This document shows positions 24,759 to 34,911 of a DNA stretch of 36,895 bases, piece by piece (within the stretch, counting starts at the first letter, position 1; each line of letters starts with the position of its first letter). Below the pieces are notes generated by a model. The model made no database searches. It worked only from the letters and a program-made list of their open reading frames with translations, and was not told where the DNA came from. The DNA lies in the sequence record NC_010153.1. One strand, written 5' to 3'. Both the position numbers and the translations under genes were made by a program.

Positions 24759-26387
24759 ATGAGTTTCCTTGCAGGCATAGAAAAGGAAATCACGAACTTT
24801 TTCAGTGGAGCAAGTGACACTTTCTCAGGAGTAGTTAACTTTGGCAGTAACATTGTGAACGGTGTGCAAAACGCAGTACAAGGCGTGTTACATAGCATTG
24901 GAAACATTGCCCAAGGTCTATATAACGGACTATTATCGATAGGAAATGACATAGCTAACATATTTGGTCAAATAGGTGGAGCAATATGGCATGGTCTCGT
25001 CAGCTTTGCGACGTCGTTTGGCACGTTCTTCTTTGAAGGTCTTCACACAATAGCGTCTGCCGTGTATGGTGCATTCCAACGTATAGGTAGTGCTTTAGAA
25101 TTTGTTGGAAAATGGATATGGAGTGGAATTACTCACGTTGGCGAAGCATTCGCCACACTAGGGCAATGGCTGTACAGCGGGATAAGGGAGATAGGAGCTG
25201 ATCTACTCCAGCTGGTTCCAGTTTTCCAAGCAATATACACTGACATTAAGGATTTTTTCATCACTATCTGGAATGGACTCGTTGCAGTAGGTGAAGATAT
25301 AGTAAACGCATGGGATGCTTATGTAAGGGCAGTTGAGGACGCATTCAACAATCTCGCTAATTTCGTTACGACTCCCCTTCACGAGATAATGTATGCGCCA
25401 GAAGAAATAAGCAAGTACGTTGCTTCAAAAGTATCCCAAGTATTACCTAGAGTGGTATCATACAACCTATTCTTCGAGGAAATGAAGGCACTAGACAGAC
25501 TAACAGAATCAATGGCTAGGGGTAATAACTCTCTTCGACCCTTGTTGGTGAAAATAGCCTCGCCATTCATAGCAGGATTCACTTCGTTAATGGCTGAAAC
25601 TGCACTAACGTCATTCTTTAATGAACTAACTGGTGTAACACCAACACCTAGAAAGACGTTACCAACTCCACCTACCTCGTCAATGGCTAGTAAAGTAAAG
25701 ACGCCAAACTTATTCAGCAAACCAATCCAGAGTTATACTCCAGTAACTGTTAGCCCACCATCACCAGCATCGAGCCAGTTATCGAGTGCAAAGACGTTTG
25801 AGAGATATGTTGTTGGAGTGAAAGAGATAGATGAAGAATTACTACTAGGCACACCAATCGTGAAGAACCATGTGATATCGCCATATCCTAACAGCGCAAC
25901 TAGCGTTGAGCAAGTGCTAGTAAACGGGTACATAATACAAACAAGCCTAGAATTTGTATCATTCAGTACTGTGAACAAGCTGTACATCATACCTTACGCT
26001 AGACTGAGGATAGTGTCGGCAAAAGAGACTACGACGGAAAAAGTAGGTTTCGCAGGCGGGATATCACTAGAGACTTACTTACTAGGTATACCATTCTGTC
26101 CATCCCCATCGACCTTGAGTAATCCGAATGAGATAGAGAGTCAAGTGCAAATATGCTTGGAGATAGGCAATGTGCCAGCAGATGACGCTTTCGCTAGCAT
26201 AGAGTCGTCAATAGGAGGTGGATTCCCAACTCCGCCAGATAATACGGTAACGACACAAGAGAAGCTGTTCCCATTGCCTGATGCATTCATAAGTCAAGCA
26301 TTCTTGACACCACCTAGCAATACGGTATCACCACAAGATACGCTTAATGTATCAATATCGCCTTACATAAGCACATCGCCACCGTGA
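24759..26387 (+). CDS. Virion protein with tape-measure-like amphipathic N-terminus and Pro/Ser/Thr-rich C-terminus, about 542 aa
   Basis: Roughly 11-residue F/W/G-periodic helices over the first ~210 aa; start placed at ATG 24759. Confidence 0.75.
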   Translation: MSFLAGIEKEITNFFSGASDTFSGVVNFGSNIVNGVQNAVQGVLHSIGNIAQGLYNGLLSIGNDIANIFGQIGGAIWHGLVSFATSFGTFFFEGLHTIASAVYGAFQRIGSALEFVGKWIWSGITHVGEAFATLGQWLYSGIREIGADLLQLVPVFQAIYTDIKDFFITIWNGLVAVGEDIVNAWDAYVRAVEDAFNNLANFVTTPLHEIMYAPEEISKYVASKVSQVLPRVVSYNLFFEEMKALDRLTESMARGNNSLRPLLVKIASPFIAGFTSLMAETALTSFFNELTGVTPTPRKTLPTPPTSSMASKVKTPNLFSKPIQSYTPVTVSPPSPASSQLSSAKTFERYVVGVKEIDEELLLGTPIVKNHVISPYPNSATSVEQVLVNGYIIQTSLEFVSFSTVNKLYIIPYARLRIVSAKETTTEKVGFAGGISLETYLLGIPFCPSPSTLSNPNEIESQVQICLEIGNVPADDAFASIESSIGGGFPTPPDNTVTTQEKLFPLPDAFISQAFLTPPSNTVSPQDTLNVSISPYISTSPP

Positions 26388-26419
26388 GAGTTTTTAACTT
26401 GAATTTCCACTTTATTATT

Positions 26420-27439
26420 ATGGATCTACAAGAGTTACTAGCGTCACCGAAGAAGAAGGACTTAAAGAGAATCAAGGTGAAAGTGTATGGCTTCGTGATT
26501 GTAAGGAAAGTAAAACCAGAGCTAAAGACGGAGAAGCTTGTTGCCGTTGTGAGAAATCAAATAACTGGTCTTTCTAACCTGCTTTATGGTTTGGCTGGAG
26601 CTACGCAGAATGTCCAAACGTCAAGTTACCCGCCTGGTGTGGTCTTGTACAACTCCGCTGGTCAAGTAATTACCAACTTGCCACTGGCTAATGTTGGGAC
26701 TAATCCAACGAGTACTGGTGCGACAGTGATTTTCCAAGTTTATGATAGTAGTGCTAACTCTTACACAGCAACGCAATTACAACTGATAAGTGAGGCAGGC
26801 GGTAAAGCGACACCAGTTGCTACAACAACAATGACGATAACGAAATCAGCAGATGAATGGTTGTACATTAACTGGTTGTTAGTGTTTTGTGTTGTGGAGA
26901 ATCCAGAAAACATAGTAATTGTACCTTCGATATCACCAGGAGGAGATTTTCAAAATTGTGTTTCATCTAGTTTATGTTGTCCTTCTGCATGCGGTCAAAC
27001 AGTTGTAAAAAGCAATGCAAATTCACAACCATCAGGTTGTGTAGGGGGACAAGTTGGTCAATATATGGGACAGAACCTAATAACATCGCTAATATTCTCA
27101 TTGATAGCATACAGTACGTCGTCAATAAGTTACGCCTACCCAGGTAATAATGCATTAGGGATAGCAGTAAGTATTTGTTGTGGTGTCTGTGCAACAGGTG
27201 CTTGTAACAGTTCACCACAAGATGTATCATTATCGTCAATGACAGTAACTATAGGTAAATGTGGCTGGGTTGTATATACAACAGTAACTTGCGCTAACGG
27301 TTCTAGTTCTTCAAATTATATTTGGTCTAGCAATCTTAGTGCTAGTTATCCTAGTGTTTTTATCATTGCGAATGTAACTGCAACAGTACAAGGATGCCCC
27401 CAAGTTTACGTAGGAGTACTAATAGAGTTCCAAACGTGA
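26420..27439 (+). CDS. Putative tail/terminal-structure protein with Cys-rich C-terminal half, about 339 aa
   Basis: Shared beta-domain motif DSSANSYTATQLQL...INWLLVF; about 12 Cys in the C-terminal half. Confidence 0.75.
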   Translation: MDLQELLASPKKKDLKRIKVKVYGFVIVRKVKPELKTEKLVAVVRNQITGLSNLLYGLAGATQNVQTSSYPPGVVLYNSAGQVITNLPLANVGTNPTSTGATVIFQVYDSSANSYTATQLQLISEAGGKATPVATTTMTITKSADEWLYINWLLVFCVVENPENIVIVPSISPGGDFQNCVSSSLCCPSACGQTVVKSNANSQPSGCVGGQVGQYMGQNLITSLIFSLIAYSTSSISYAYPGNNALGIAVSICCGVCATGACNSSPQDVSLSSMTVTIGKCGWVVYTTVTCANGSSSSNYIWSSNLSASYPSVFIIANVTATVQGCPQVYVGVLIEFQT

Positions 27440-27444
27440 CTCTC

Positions 27445-28683
27445 ATGATAATAAGAGGAGAAGTAACACTTAAGACAGTCGACGGAAGAATAATAAAGTC
27501 TAGAAACACTATCGTCAACTTATCCGTTCTTCTTAACATTATAGTAAGAACAACGTCGACACCATCGTCTCTGCTATCACCTTACATACAAACTAACGCT
27601 GGCGACGTGACAGTAACAACGAAAATAAGCACGTATGAGAACGGTTACCAATTCAGCTTTTCTGGATCATTACCAACACCGTCAAACATAATATCGATGT
27701 TCTTATACCCTGGATCTCTGTCCTTGTTCACTCTACCACTAGCATCAATAGTATACAGTCGTCCAGTAACGGGAGTAACGACAATAACGTGGGATATATA
27801 CGTGATAGATGAAACGGGGCTACTGTATAATGCACTGCTACCGCAAACCATACCATCAACCAACATATTGACAGCGCTGTATGCTGTGGATAATAACGTA
27901 AATGCATTACTTCCCCTACAAAGCTTTGAGAGATACGTTTATGCATACTTGTTTGACTCAGCAATTTTCAAACCAATCAGTTACGTTAATGCGCACTATT
28001 TCACATTCCTAGATTACACGACAGCTCCGACAGCGACAGTAATTTCGAATAGACCAGCATTACAACTCGTGCCAGCATCTGGATCTCAGTACAGCGTGTT
28101 CTATTTCCTCTCAAACTCCTCCACATTCGTAATGCAGTTCTCGTTCAGCTCTGGATCATCACCACCACAAGCAGATGGTTTCGCAATTTGCATGTTTTCT
28201 CAGACGCCACCAATAGCACTCAATACAGCAAGCGTAACTGGAATGCAGAATAGCACATTAGCTTACGGTCAAGGAGAGCAAGTATGTGTTGAATATGATC
28301 CTTACGATTCACAACCATTCTCAGTGACAATATGGAATTCAAATGGCTACGTACAGACAGTACTCTCAGTAAGTGGAGCTGGAAGTGGATCTGGACTAAC
28401 TGCGAATGATATCTACCAACTAGAGATACAAATTTCCGGGAACACATTATCAGTGACTGTCGTCGATTTAACTTCCGGAACAACAGTAGCATCAACTAGC
28501 GTTACACTACCGTTCTCGCCAACGCCACCTGGATATGTAATAGTAACTACAAGGACTAGTAGTAATTATGCTAACTGGTCGCTGGTTAACTTGCAGGCAT
28601 GGTATCCTTACAGCGTTCAGCTAGGTGTCAAGCTGACGGCGCCGAAAGTGTTACCAATAACGGCAATATTCGAGAGTGGGTGA
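27445..28683 (+). CDS. Putative tail protein with L-type (legume/ConA-like) lectin domain, about 412 aa
   Basis: QADGFAICMF and VCVEYDP echo the legume-lectin ADG and VEFDT motifs. Confidence 0.7.
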   Translation: MIIRGEVTLKTVDGRIIKSRNTIVNLSVLLNIIVRTTSTPSSLLSPYIQTNAGDVTVTTKISTYENGYQFSFSGSLPTPSNIISMFLYPGSLSLFTLPLASIVYSRPVTGVTTITWDIYVIDETGLLYNALLPQTIPSTNILTALYAVDNNVNALLPLQSFERYVYAYLFDSAIFKPISYVNAHYFTFLDYTTAPTATVISNRPALQLVPASGSQYSVFYFLSNSSTFVMQFSFSSGSSPPQADGFAICMFSQTPPIALNTASVTGMQNSTLAYGQGEQVCVEYDPYDSQPFSVTIWNSNGYVQTVLSVSGAGSGSGLTANDIYQLEIQISGNTLSVTVVDLTSGTTVASTSVTLPFSPTPPGYVIVTTRTSSNYANWSLVNLQAWYPYSVQLGVKLTAPKVLPITAIFESG

Positions 28684-28686
28684 AAA

Positions 28687-29436
28687 ATGAAGGTCAAGGG
28701 TTACGTGAAAATAGGAGATCACATCGTGAAGAATCAGATTCAGCCTAGCTTCGTATACTCAGTTATTCAGTACATGCTAACAGGAGGACAAGTAAGCAAC
28801 TACAAGTACGTCATACAGCTGATGAGTAACAACAACGTGATAGGAGCGTACTCTGGATCATTACAGTACAAGCAGGTGGGATCAACACTACAGTTAAAGT
28901 TCACTTTCATTATACCAAACGCAACATCGGCAATAACTTGCTTACAGTTGTATCTACTGAATTCACTAGGGAATTTCCTAGTTTCCATTGTGCAGTTATC
29001 AAAACCATTGCCATCTGGGACAATATCGATATGCTGGTTCTTGTGTTTTCAAATTTCTCCAGCCGACTATTTCACGCCTTACATAATATTCTCCCTTTTT
29101 GCCCCACCGTCGTCGAGTATACCATTCGTTGGAACACCATTACCTAATGTGCAGACGGCAATTAACGAAATAACAACGGTAGGGTACTTGACATCTCCAC
29201 CCACTTACTATTTCACGTACTCGGGGAATCAAGTGCAGTTAACGCCCCAGACGACGGCAAACTCATTCTTACTCACTTACAAAATTCTATCCAACAGTAG
29301 CCAGCAATTGACTAACGTTGGCATAATAGCCACCGCAAGTTCTGGTAACGTAACCCTAGTACCACAAGTGCCAACAGTTACGCTACAAGCAGGGCAAGTT
29401 CTTTTTGCAACGTATAGCGTACTATGGGAAACTTAA
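28687..29436 (+). CDS. Beta-rich putative virion/tail protein, 249 aa
   Basis: ORF track; paralogous beta-domain motif. Confidence 0.8.
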   Translation: MKVKGYVKIGDHIVKNQIQPSFVYSVIQYMLTGGQVSNYKYVIQLMSNNNVIGAYSGSLQYKQVGSTLQLKFTFIIPNATSAITCLQLYLLNSLGNFLVSIVQLSKPLPSGTISICWFLCFQISPADYFTPYIIFSLFAPPSSSIPFVGTPLPNVQTAINEITTVGYLTSPPTYYFTYSGNQVQLTPQTTANSFLLTYKILSNSSQQLTNVGIIATASSGNVTLVPQVPTVTLQAGQVLFATYSVLWET

Positions 29437-29470
29437 AAAGTTTTTTATCTGCCCGCCAAAATGATAAAAT

Positions 29471-29713
29471 ATGGGACTGACTGGACTAGGTAAAGTAGTT
29501 GCGCAGATGGAATATCAGATAGGTAAATTTATACGATGGATAGGAGACATGATAGTTAAGTTCATACGCTGGGTAATACATTATCTAGTATTGTTAGCGA
29601 AAGCAATATACCACTCACTCGAACGAGTATACCTAGAATTTCAACGTGACCCATTAAGATTCATGCAATTCGCAGGATCTCTAGCAATAATGATTTACTA
29701 CGGGTTATTATAA
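29471..29713 (+). CDS. Amphipathic/hydrophobic protein, 80 aa
   Basis: Internal 11-aa repeat KFIRWIGDMIV/KFIRWVIHYLV. Confidence 0.75.
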   Translation: MGLTGLGKVVAQMEYQIGKFIRWIGDMIVKFIRWVIHYLVLLAKAIYHSLERVYLEFQRDPLRFMQFAGSLAIMIYYGLL

Positions 29714-30111
29714 TGAGCGACGTAAAAAACGTGTTGTTACAGGCAATACAAGGAGGAGACATTGACGAACAAGGAAACCTAATAGCAAAACTATCAATCA
29801 TGAAATTATTCCAACAATTTTCAACAGAAATACAAATAGTAAAAGTAACACTAGAAGGTGACTATATAAACCTTTACGTGTCATCTAAGCCAAAAATTGA
29901 CCCAATACAAGTAGGAAACGGTGTCACGTTAGACATTGGGAAATACGTAGGTGTGGCAATAACTAAAATACCAATAAATAAAGCATTCCTAAGCGAACTG
30001 AATTTGCCAATAATTGGCGTAGAGGAAGTAAAAGTTGGAGACACAACAGACGTAGTACTAAAGATAAACACTGGGAAAAAGATGCCTACAACGGGGGCGA
30101 TTGACTTTTGA
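29713..30111 (+). CDS. Hypothetical protein, 132 aa
   Basis: ORF track; TAATG overlap. Confidence 0.8.
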   Translation: MSDVKNVLLQAIQGGDIDEQGNLIAKLSIMKLFQQFSTEIQIVKVTLEGDYINLYVSSKPKIDPIQVGNGVTLDIGKYVGVAITKIPINKAFLSELNLPIIGVEEVKVGDTTDVVLKINTGKKMPTTGAIDF

Positions 30112-30314
30112 GCTTATTCCAACCATTCCTCGAGTTATTATGTGCTGAGATGCAAATAAGATTTTATCACCAACAAGGTGAATATGTAGACGTCGCAGAT
30201 CTGCAAAGATTACTCGCAAAATGTTCGTCGACGCCAGACTTGTTGTTGAGAAAATTATTAGAAAGTGGTATAATTGGAATAACTGACAAACCAAACGTGG
30301 TGGTAATCAAGTGA
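30108..30314 (+). CDS. Hypothetical protein, 68 aa
   Basis: TTGA overlap; SD GGGGG. Confidence 0.65.
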   Translation: MSLFQPFLELLCAEMQIRFYHQQGEYVDVADLQRLLAKCSSTPDLLLRKLLESGIIGITDKPNVVVIK

Positions 30315-31078
30315 CATTGTCGGTAGAGTACCTATCAGCAGTATCAACAATGATAGTGTATGGACAAAACCAGAAAACCAGCGTGTATAATTACTACTAC
30401 TACTCGTCATCCGTGTTCCAAACATATCCACCAGACGGAATTGTAGCAGTACTAAAAAATAATGGAGCAACAGTTGCAACTCTCACAGGTTACCAAATAA
30501 GCGTAAGTACAGGTAGTGCACAGTTCTTCTTTTTCGACGCTAGCAACAAGTCGTACACTTTCGACGAAGTTGATATATACACAACGAAAGGAGGTTCTCT
30601 TTACTATCTCATATCTAGGAATGTCAACTTGTCATACAGCAAAAGTTCACAAGAAGTTGTCGTGATATATTTTACACTAGAAATCGAGCAAACGCCCTCC
30701 ATATTCGTGAACTACTGCTTCCTTTATTTACTAGTTCCAGGATTAATTGCACAAAAAGTGTTCAATTTTACCAACTATATTGGAATATCTAGTTACATGC
30801 TGTGTAATGTACCCGGAAAAGTACAGTTTACAGGAATTGGAGTTGGTCGATACTCTCTAAAAATATTCCTACAACTACAGGTTAACGGAGGCGGAACACC
30901 AGCAATAATAGCATTGACTAATACGTACACTGGCGAACCACCATTACAGACGCAAATAGGAACATGTAGAGTAGATTTTCATCAAGTAGTACTTTCTGTC
31001 ATCCTTTTCGTTAATTTACCAAACACTAGTGCAACGTATCCAATCGAAATAGGACTTGAGTACCAGGTGAGCTCATGA
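30311..31078 (+). CDS. Beta-rich putative virion/tail protein, 255 aa
   Basis: GTGA overlap; DASNKSYTFDEVDIY motif. Confidence 0.8.
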   Translation: MTLSVEYLSAVSTMIVYGQNQKTSVYNYYYYSSSVFQTYPPDGIVAVLKNNGATVATLTGYQISVSTGSAQFFFFDASNKSYTFDEVDIYTTKGGSLYYLISRNVNLSYSKSSQEVVVIYFTLEIEQTPSIFVNYCFLYLLVPGLIAQKVFNFTNYIGISSYMLCNVPGKVQFTGIGVGRYSLKIFLQLQVNGGGTPAIIALTNTYTGEPPLQTQIGTCRVDFHQVVLSVILFVNLPNTSATYPIEIGLEYQVSS

Positions 31079-31941
31079 TCTCCCACGAACTATTACTCAC
31101 AATACTAAACTATTTAGCAAACGGAGTGATTACCACACAGTCGTCAACAAGTGGCGCAATAACACAAATAGCACCATACCAAATAATAGTAATCATGAAA
31201 AACAATAACGTTACAGTATCAAGAACAACAGTAACGAGCGTAAATATAAGCGACGTCATAACAACGCAACAATCAGAAGTATTAACAATAAGATATAGCG
31301 CAACTGACGCATCACCATTTACCTACACCACAGACGAAATAGAAATATGGGCATCAACACAGTCAGCGCTGTTATACAGAATTGCTAGAATACCACTACA
31401 AAAACCACTCCAAAAAACAGAACACGACTACCTCACTATAGAATACGAAATACAAATAGTTGCAGGAGCAAGCTACGTAATACCTAGCTCATTGGCACAG
31501 TACGTGGATGTAGTAACTTTCAAGATATTAGTTTCGCCAATCCTATTCTTCTTTGGTTTATTCTTAGTTCCGTCATGGACTACGGCACTCAAACAAAATC
31601 CAACTTATCCCCAATCACAACTACTCAATTACATAGATGTGAATAGTTTCACGGGAATAAACGCAATGTACGCAGGTAGTGAAGAAGTCACGATAGTGTC
31701 CAAGTTAGTCGGGTTCGGAAACAATCAAGTAAACCTAGCAATAAACGGTCAAGTATCAACTCCCACGTCAAATGTACCCGTGATAGTAGGAATAACAACG
31801 CCACAAGGAATACTAGTCGTGGCGTACAGCTTCTACAGTGGAACAATAACTAAGTATGTAGCACTTGAAATACAAACCACTTATGGACCACCGACGACAG
31901 TAAATCAGTTCGAGACGAAGACGACTGGTGGATCATCATGA
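31075..31941 (+). CDS. Beta-rich putative virion/tail protein, 288 aa
   Basis: ATGA overlap; DASPFTYTTDEIEIW motif. Confidence 0.8.
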   Translation: MISHELLLTILNYLANGVITTQSSTSGAITQIAPYQIIVIMKNNNVTVSRTTVTSVNISDVITTQQSEVLTIRYSATDASPFTYTTDEIEIWASTQSALLYRIARIPLQKPLQKTEHDYLTIEYEIQIVAGASYVIPSSLAQYVDVVTFKILVSPILFFFGLFLVPSWTTALKQNPTYPQSQLLNYIDVNSFTGINAMYAGSEEVTIVSKLVGFGNNQVNLAINGQVSTPTSNVPVIVGITTPQGILVVAYSFYSGTITKYVALEIQTTYGPPTTVNQFETKTTGGSS

Positions 31942-32777
31942 CCGTCTCGAGAGAATACATAGCTCTACTCCAACAGATACTGACTGTAGGATACAAGCCC
32001 AGGTACTACTATTACAGTGGAGCTAGTTTCACTTTCAATTACCCTACGGGTATAATGATTGTTGCGAAACAAGGAGAAGCAGTAGTAGCCCAAAGCCTAG
32101 CCTCAATATCATCTATAGTAGAAAATGATGGCGAACTATCAGTAACGTTCCAAACAACATTCTCAGAAAGCTTTAGCGCAGACGAGCTAGACTTATACGC
32201 TGTAATCGGTACAACGGTTCTGTATAAGATCGCATATATTACCGGCTCATTCCAATCGTCAACGGAAAGCGTACTTCATGTGGAATGGACTATAGACGTG
32301 ACTGTCAACAACGTGTTTAACGTACCAGCACCAAACGGATTACAAACAATCACACTTCCCACCAAGGGTTGCCCAAATTTATCCGGTCAAATTATAATCT
32401 ACCCCTACCTCGTCCATCTGATTATCGCATTGACACTGATACCGTCAATAGCGTACGTCGTGCAGTCGCAATTCCCAAACATACCCCTAGCAAACATGGT
32501 AGCAAACGTACCAATACCTCCAACACCACAAGGATTAAATGGCATCACAGCATTCGCATACATGTGTAACGGAGAGATCGTCGGATGTTACCCTGTACAG
32601 AACGGAATTGGAATAGCGGTTATAACGTCAACTAGTAACTGTTCCTCAGTCAGCATGATAGTATTCTACCAGCTCCAAAACACATACATAGCGTACATGA
32701 CAACACCAATCACTGTACAATTCGTAACTGGAAAAACTTATAGTTACGAAATAGGAATAAATGTAACAACGGAGTGA
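31938..32777 (+). CDS. Beta-rich putative virion/tail protein, 279 aa
   Basis: ATGA overlap; SFSADELDLY motif. Confidence 0.8.
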   Translation: MTVSREYIALLQQILTVGYKPRYYYYSGASFTFNYPTGIMIVAKQGEAVVAQSLASISSIVENDGELSVTFQTTFSESFSADELDLYAVIGTTVLYKIAYITGSFQSSTESVLHVEWTIDVTVNNVFNVPAPNGLQTITLPTKGCPNLSGQIIIYPYLVHLIIALTLIPSIAYVVQSQFPNIPLANMVANVPIPPTPQGLNGITAFAYMCNGEIVGCYPVQNGIGIAVITSTSNCSSVSMIVFYQLQNTYIAYMTTPITVQFVTGKTYSYEIGINVTTE

Positions 32778-32781
32778 TACA

Positions 32782-32985
32782 ATGAATGGTGTTAATCAAC
32801 TAATAATAGATACAATAGCAGTAACTGGAGCAATAATAATAGCATCTCTTCTAATTCTAGTCGCATCAACAAATCCCTCACTATTCAATAACAGTAGCTT
32901 TGACAACATGTTAAATGAGCTCATCATAGCAATTGCATCAATAATTGCATATACTCTAGGTAAAAATTCAAGGGGACAACAATAA
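32782..32985 (+). CDS. Small two-TM membrane protein, 67 aa
   Basis: Two hydrophobic helices. Confidence 0.7.
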   Translation: MNGVNQLIIDTIAVTGAIIIASLLILVASTNPSLFNNSSFDNMLNELIIAIASIIAYTLGKNSRGQQ

Positions 32986-33404
32986 TGGGATTCGTTCGAC
33001 ATGATCCTAAAGAGTTAATATGGCAAAGCGACATCACTTTCGCACTAAACGCACCAGATGACTTTCTCGTCGTGAATGTAGCTAAGGAAATAGAGAACCC
33101 AAAAGCGAAAATATGGTTACAGTATGACGACTTCGTACCAATTGACGTTGAAGATCTACACCTAGTGGCAAAAATTGCCAAGACAAGGTTTGAAAGAGGA
33201 GAAAAAACGTTGATTCACTGTATCGCCGGAGCCCATCGTAGTGTAACATTCTCCTTAGCATCACTTATATACGTGTATAACGTTAAGATAAAGGAGGCAA
33301 TGAAAATGCTATGTCCACCATGCATTGACTTTAATACTTACGTGAACGAAGTACCATTCCATTTCCTATCATTGCAAGAGTTTTACACCAGATACATAAG
33401 GTGA
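32985..33404 (+). CDS. Dual-specificity/PTP-like phosphatase, 139 aa
   Basis: LIHCIAGAHRS (CX5R P-loop); upstream acid loop LQYDD. Confidence 0.85.
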   Translation: MGFVRHDPKELIWQSDITFALNAPDDFLVVNVAKEIENPKAKIWLQYDDFVPIDVEDLHLVAKIAKTRFERGEKTLIHCIAGAHRSVTFSLASLIYVYNVKIKEAMKMLCPPCIDFNTYVNEVPFHFLSLQEFYTRYIR

Positions 33405-33874
33405 GAGAAATGGAGGAGTATTTCAGAAAAAGAGAATGTGATTATTGGAGAGAATACCCACACGAATACGGCATGCTCGACGTGTATAGACGTAGTATAC
33501 AGATAGTGGGAGCTGATTGCGGGTCTTCGGCACTCTACTTCCTGTTAAGAGGTGCATCATTCGTCGTTCAGTATGAGAAAGAGGAGAAACTGAGAAAGAA
33601 ATGGGAAGAAGTCTGTTCCTATTTTAACATCTGTGACAAGGCTGAGATGAAGGAAGAATGGAATGGACAATATGATGACGTCGATATCTTTGTAATGGAT
33701 TGTGAAGGGTGCGAGGAAAAGCTAGACGTTTCTCAACTTAAGAAATACAAACAATGGTGCGTGGCAATACACGACTGGACGCATAACCGTGTAGAACTAC
33801 TAAGAAAAATGGAAGGAATGACCTTCACATACGTGAGTGATGACGGAAAAGAAATAGTACTTTGTAAAATTTAA
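33401..33874 (+). CDS. SAM-dependent methyltransferase, FkbM-like, 157 aa
   Basis: VGADCGSSALYF motif I; FVMDCEGCEE resembles the FkbM KxDxEGxE motif. Confidence 0.75.
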   Translation: MREMEEYFRKRECDYWREYPHEYGMLDVYRRSIQIVGADCGSSALYFLLRGASFVVQYEKEEKLRKKWEEVCSYFNICDKAEMKEEWNGQYDDVDIFVMDCEGCEEKLDVSQLKKYKQWCVAIHDWTHNRVELLRKMEGMTFTYVSDDGKEIVLCKI

Positions 33875-34578
33875 AACAGTCTTGCGATTTTTTTGAAGAA
33901 GTTTATTATATCATTCGCAATGTTAACGTCACTTTGTGGAATCACTAAAATTGTTCTTGGAGTAATGATTGTGCCTACTTCGTCGATGCCGAAACAGTAA
34001 GAAAAGACAACATAAGGATCTGGAGGCAACGCCACGGTAATTCTTGCCTCTAATTCATACTCGATGACCTCAGCATAATCATAAATGATCGCATACATGT
34101 TAATGGTACCAGGCTTCACCTCAACTAGACGACCACTTAACGAGACCAAGTTAACGAATCCGTATTCAGGAACACAAATCACTGAATTCGGAGGAAGAGA
34201 GAAGACGAAGCCAACAATATATTGACCAGATGCAGGCTTCAGAATCGCTAAAGAGTACAAGGGTATGTCATTCAAGTCGTTAATATAAGACGAGGCACCG
34301 TTACCGAAGTAAACGTCAGCAAAAGCATTACCAAAAATGTACTGTGGAACGACAATCTGCCGTCCGTCAATACTCAACACTGCACCCCTAAGTAGAGACA
34401 CAAGTTTGCGCATGGGAGTTTTATTAACGAAAATCCAAGTAACCTTGCCCTGACTAGAGTCATACGTGTAATAAAGAGCAAGACTATCATTCTCCCACAG
34501 CTTTGTAGCACCTTGAGGAATATTCTCAACAACCTTTATTGATTTCACATCTGCATGTAAACGCCTCATGTTCACCAA
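33871..34578 (-). CDS. Hypothetical beta-rich protein, 235 aa
   Basis: ORF track. Confidence 0.8.
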   Translation of the reverse strand: MVNMRRLHADVKSIKVVENIPQGATKLWENDSLALYYTYDSSQGKVTWIFVNKTPMRKLVSLLRGAVLSIDGRQIVVPQYIFGNAFADVYFGNGASSYINDLNDIPLYSLAILKPASGQYIVGFVFSLPPNSVICVPEYGFVNLVSLSGRLVEVKPGTINMYAIIYDYAEVIEYELEARITVALPPDPYVVFSYCFGIDEVGTIITPRTILVIPQSDVNIANDIINFFKKIARLF

Positions 34579-34626
34579 ATAAAATATAAATCCCTAGAGA
34601 GTAAAAAAGATTGTGGGTAAACGAAA

Positions 34627-34911
34627 ATGGTAAACTTATTTCACTTCAAAAAAGAGATTAAAACATCAAGATCACTTTTCGTGTCAACAAAAGCAGAAGT
34701 ACCACTAGTATTAATGGTAGCAATAGGAAAACGTCACGCAGTAGGAATTGGAGAAATAGACGATAAATCAGCAATAGTAGAGAAATTCATACCCCCATTC
34801 GGAGCTAAACCAACACCCGAAGAAATAGCAAGAGAATTACTTAGAAAACTAGATGTACCAAGCGATCAATGGGATGCAATATTAGCAACAAGAAAAGAGA
34901 TCATTTTTTAA
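34627..34911 (+). CDS. Hypothetical protein, 94 aa
   Basis: ORF track; codon usage like neighbouring genes. Confidence 0.75.
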   Translation: MVNLFHFKKEIKTSRSLFVSTKAEVPLVLMVAIGKRHAVGIGEIDDKSAIVEKFIPPFGAKPTPEEIARELLRKLDVPSDQWDAILATRKEIIF

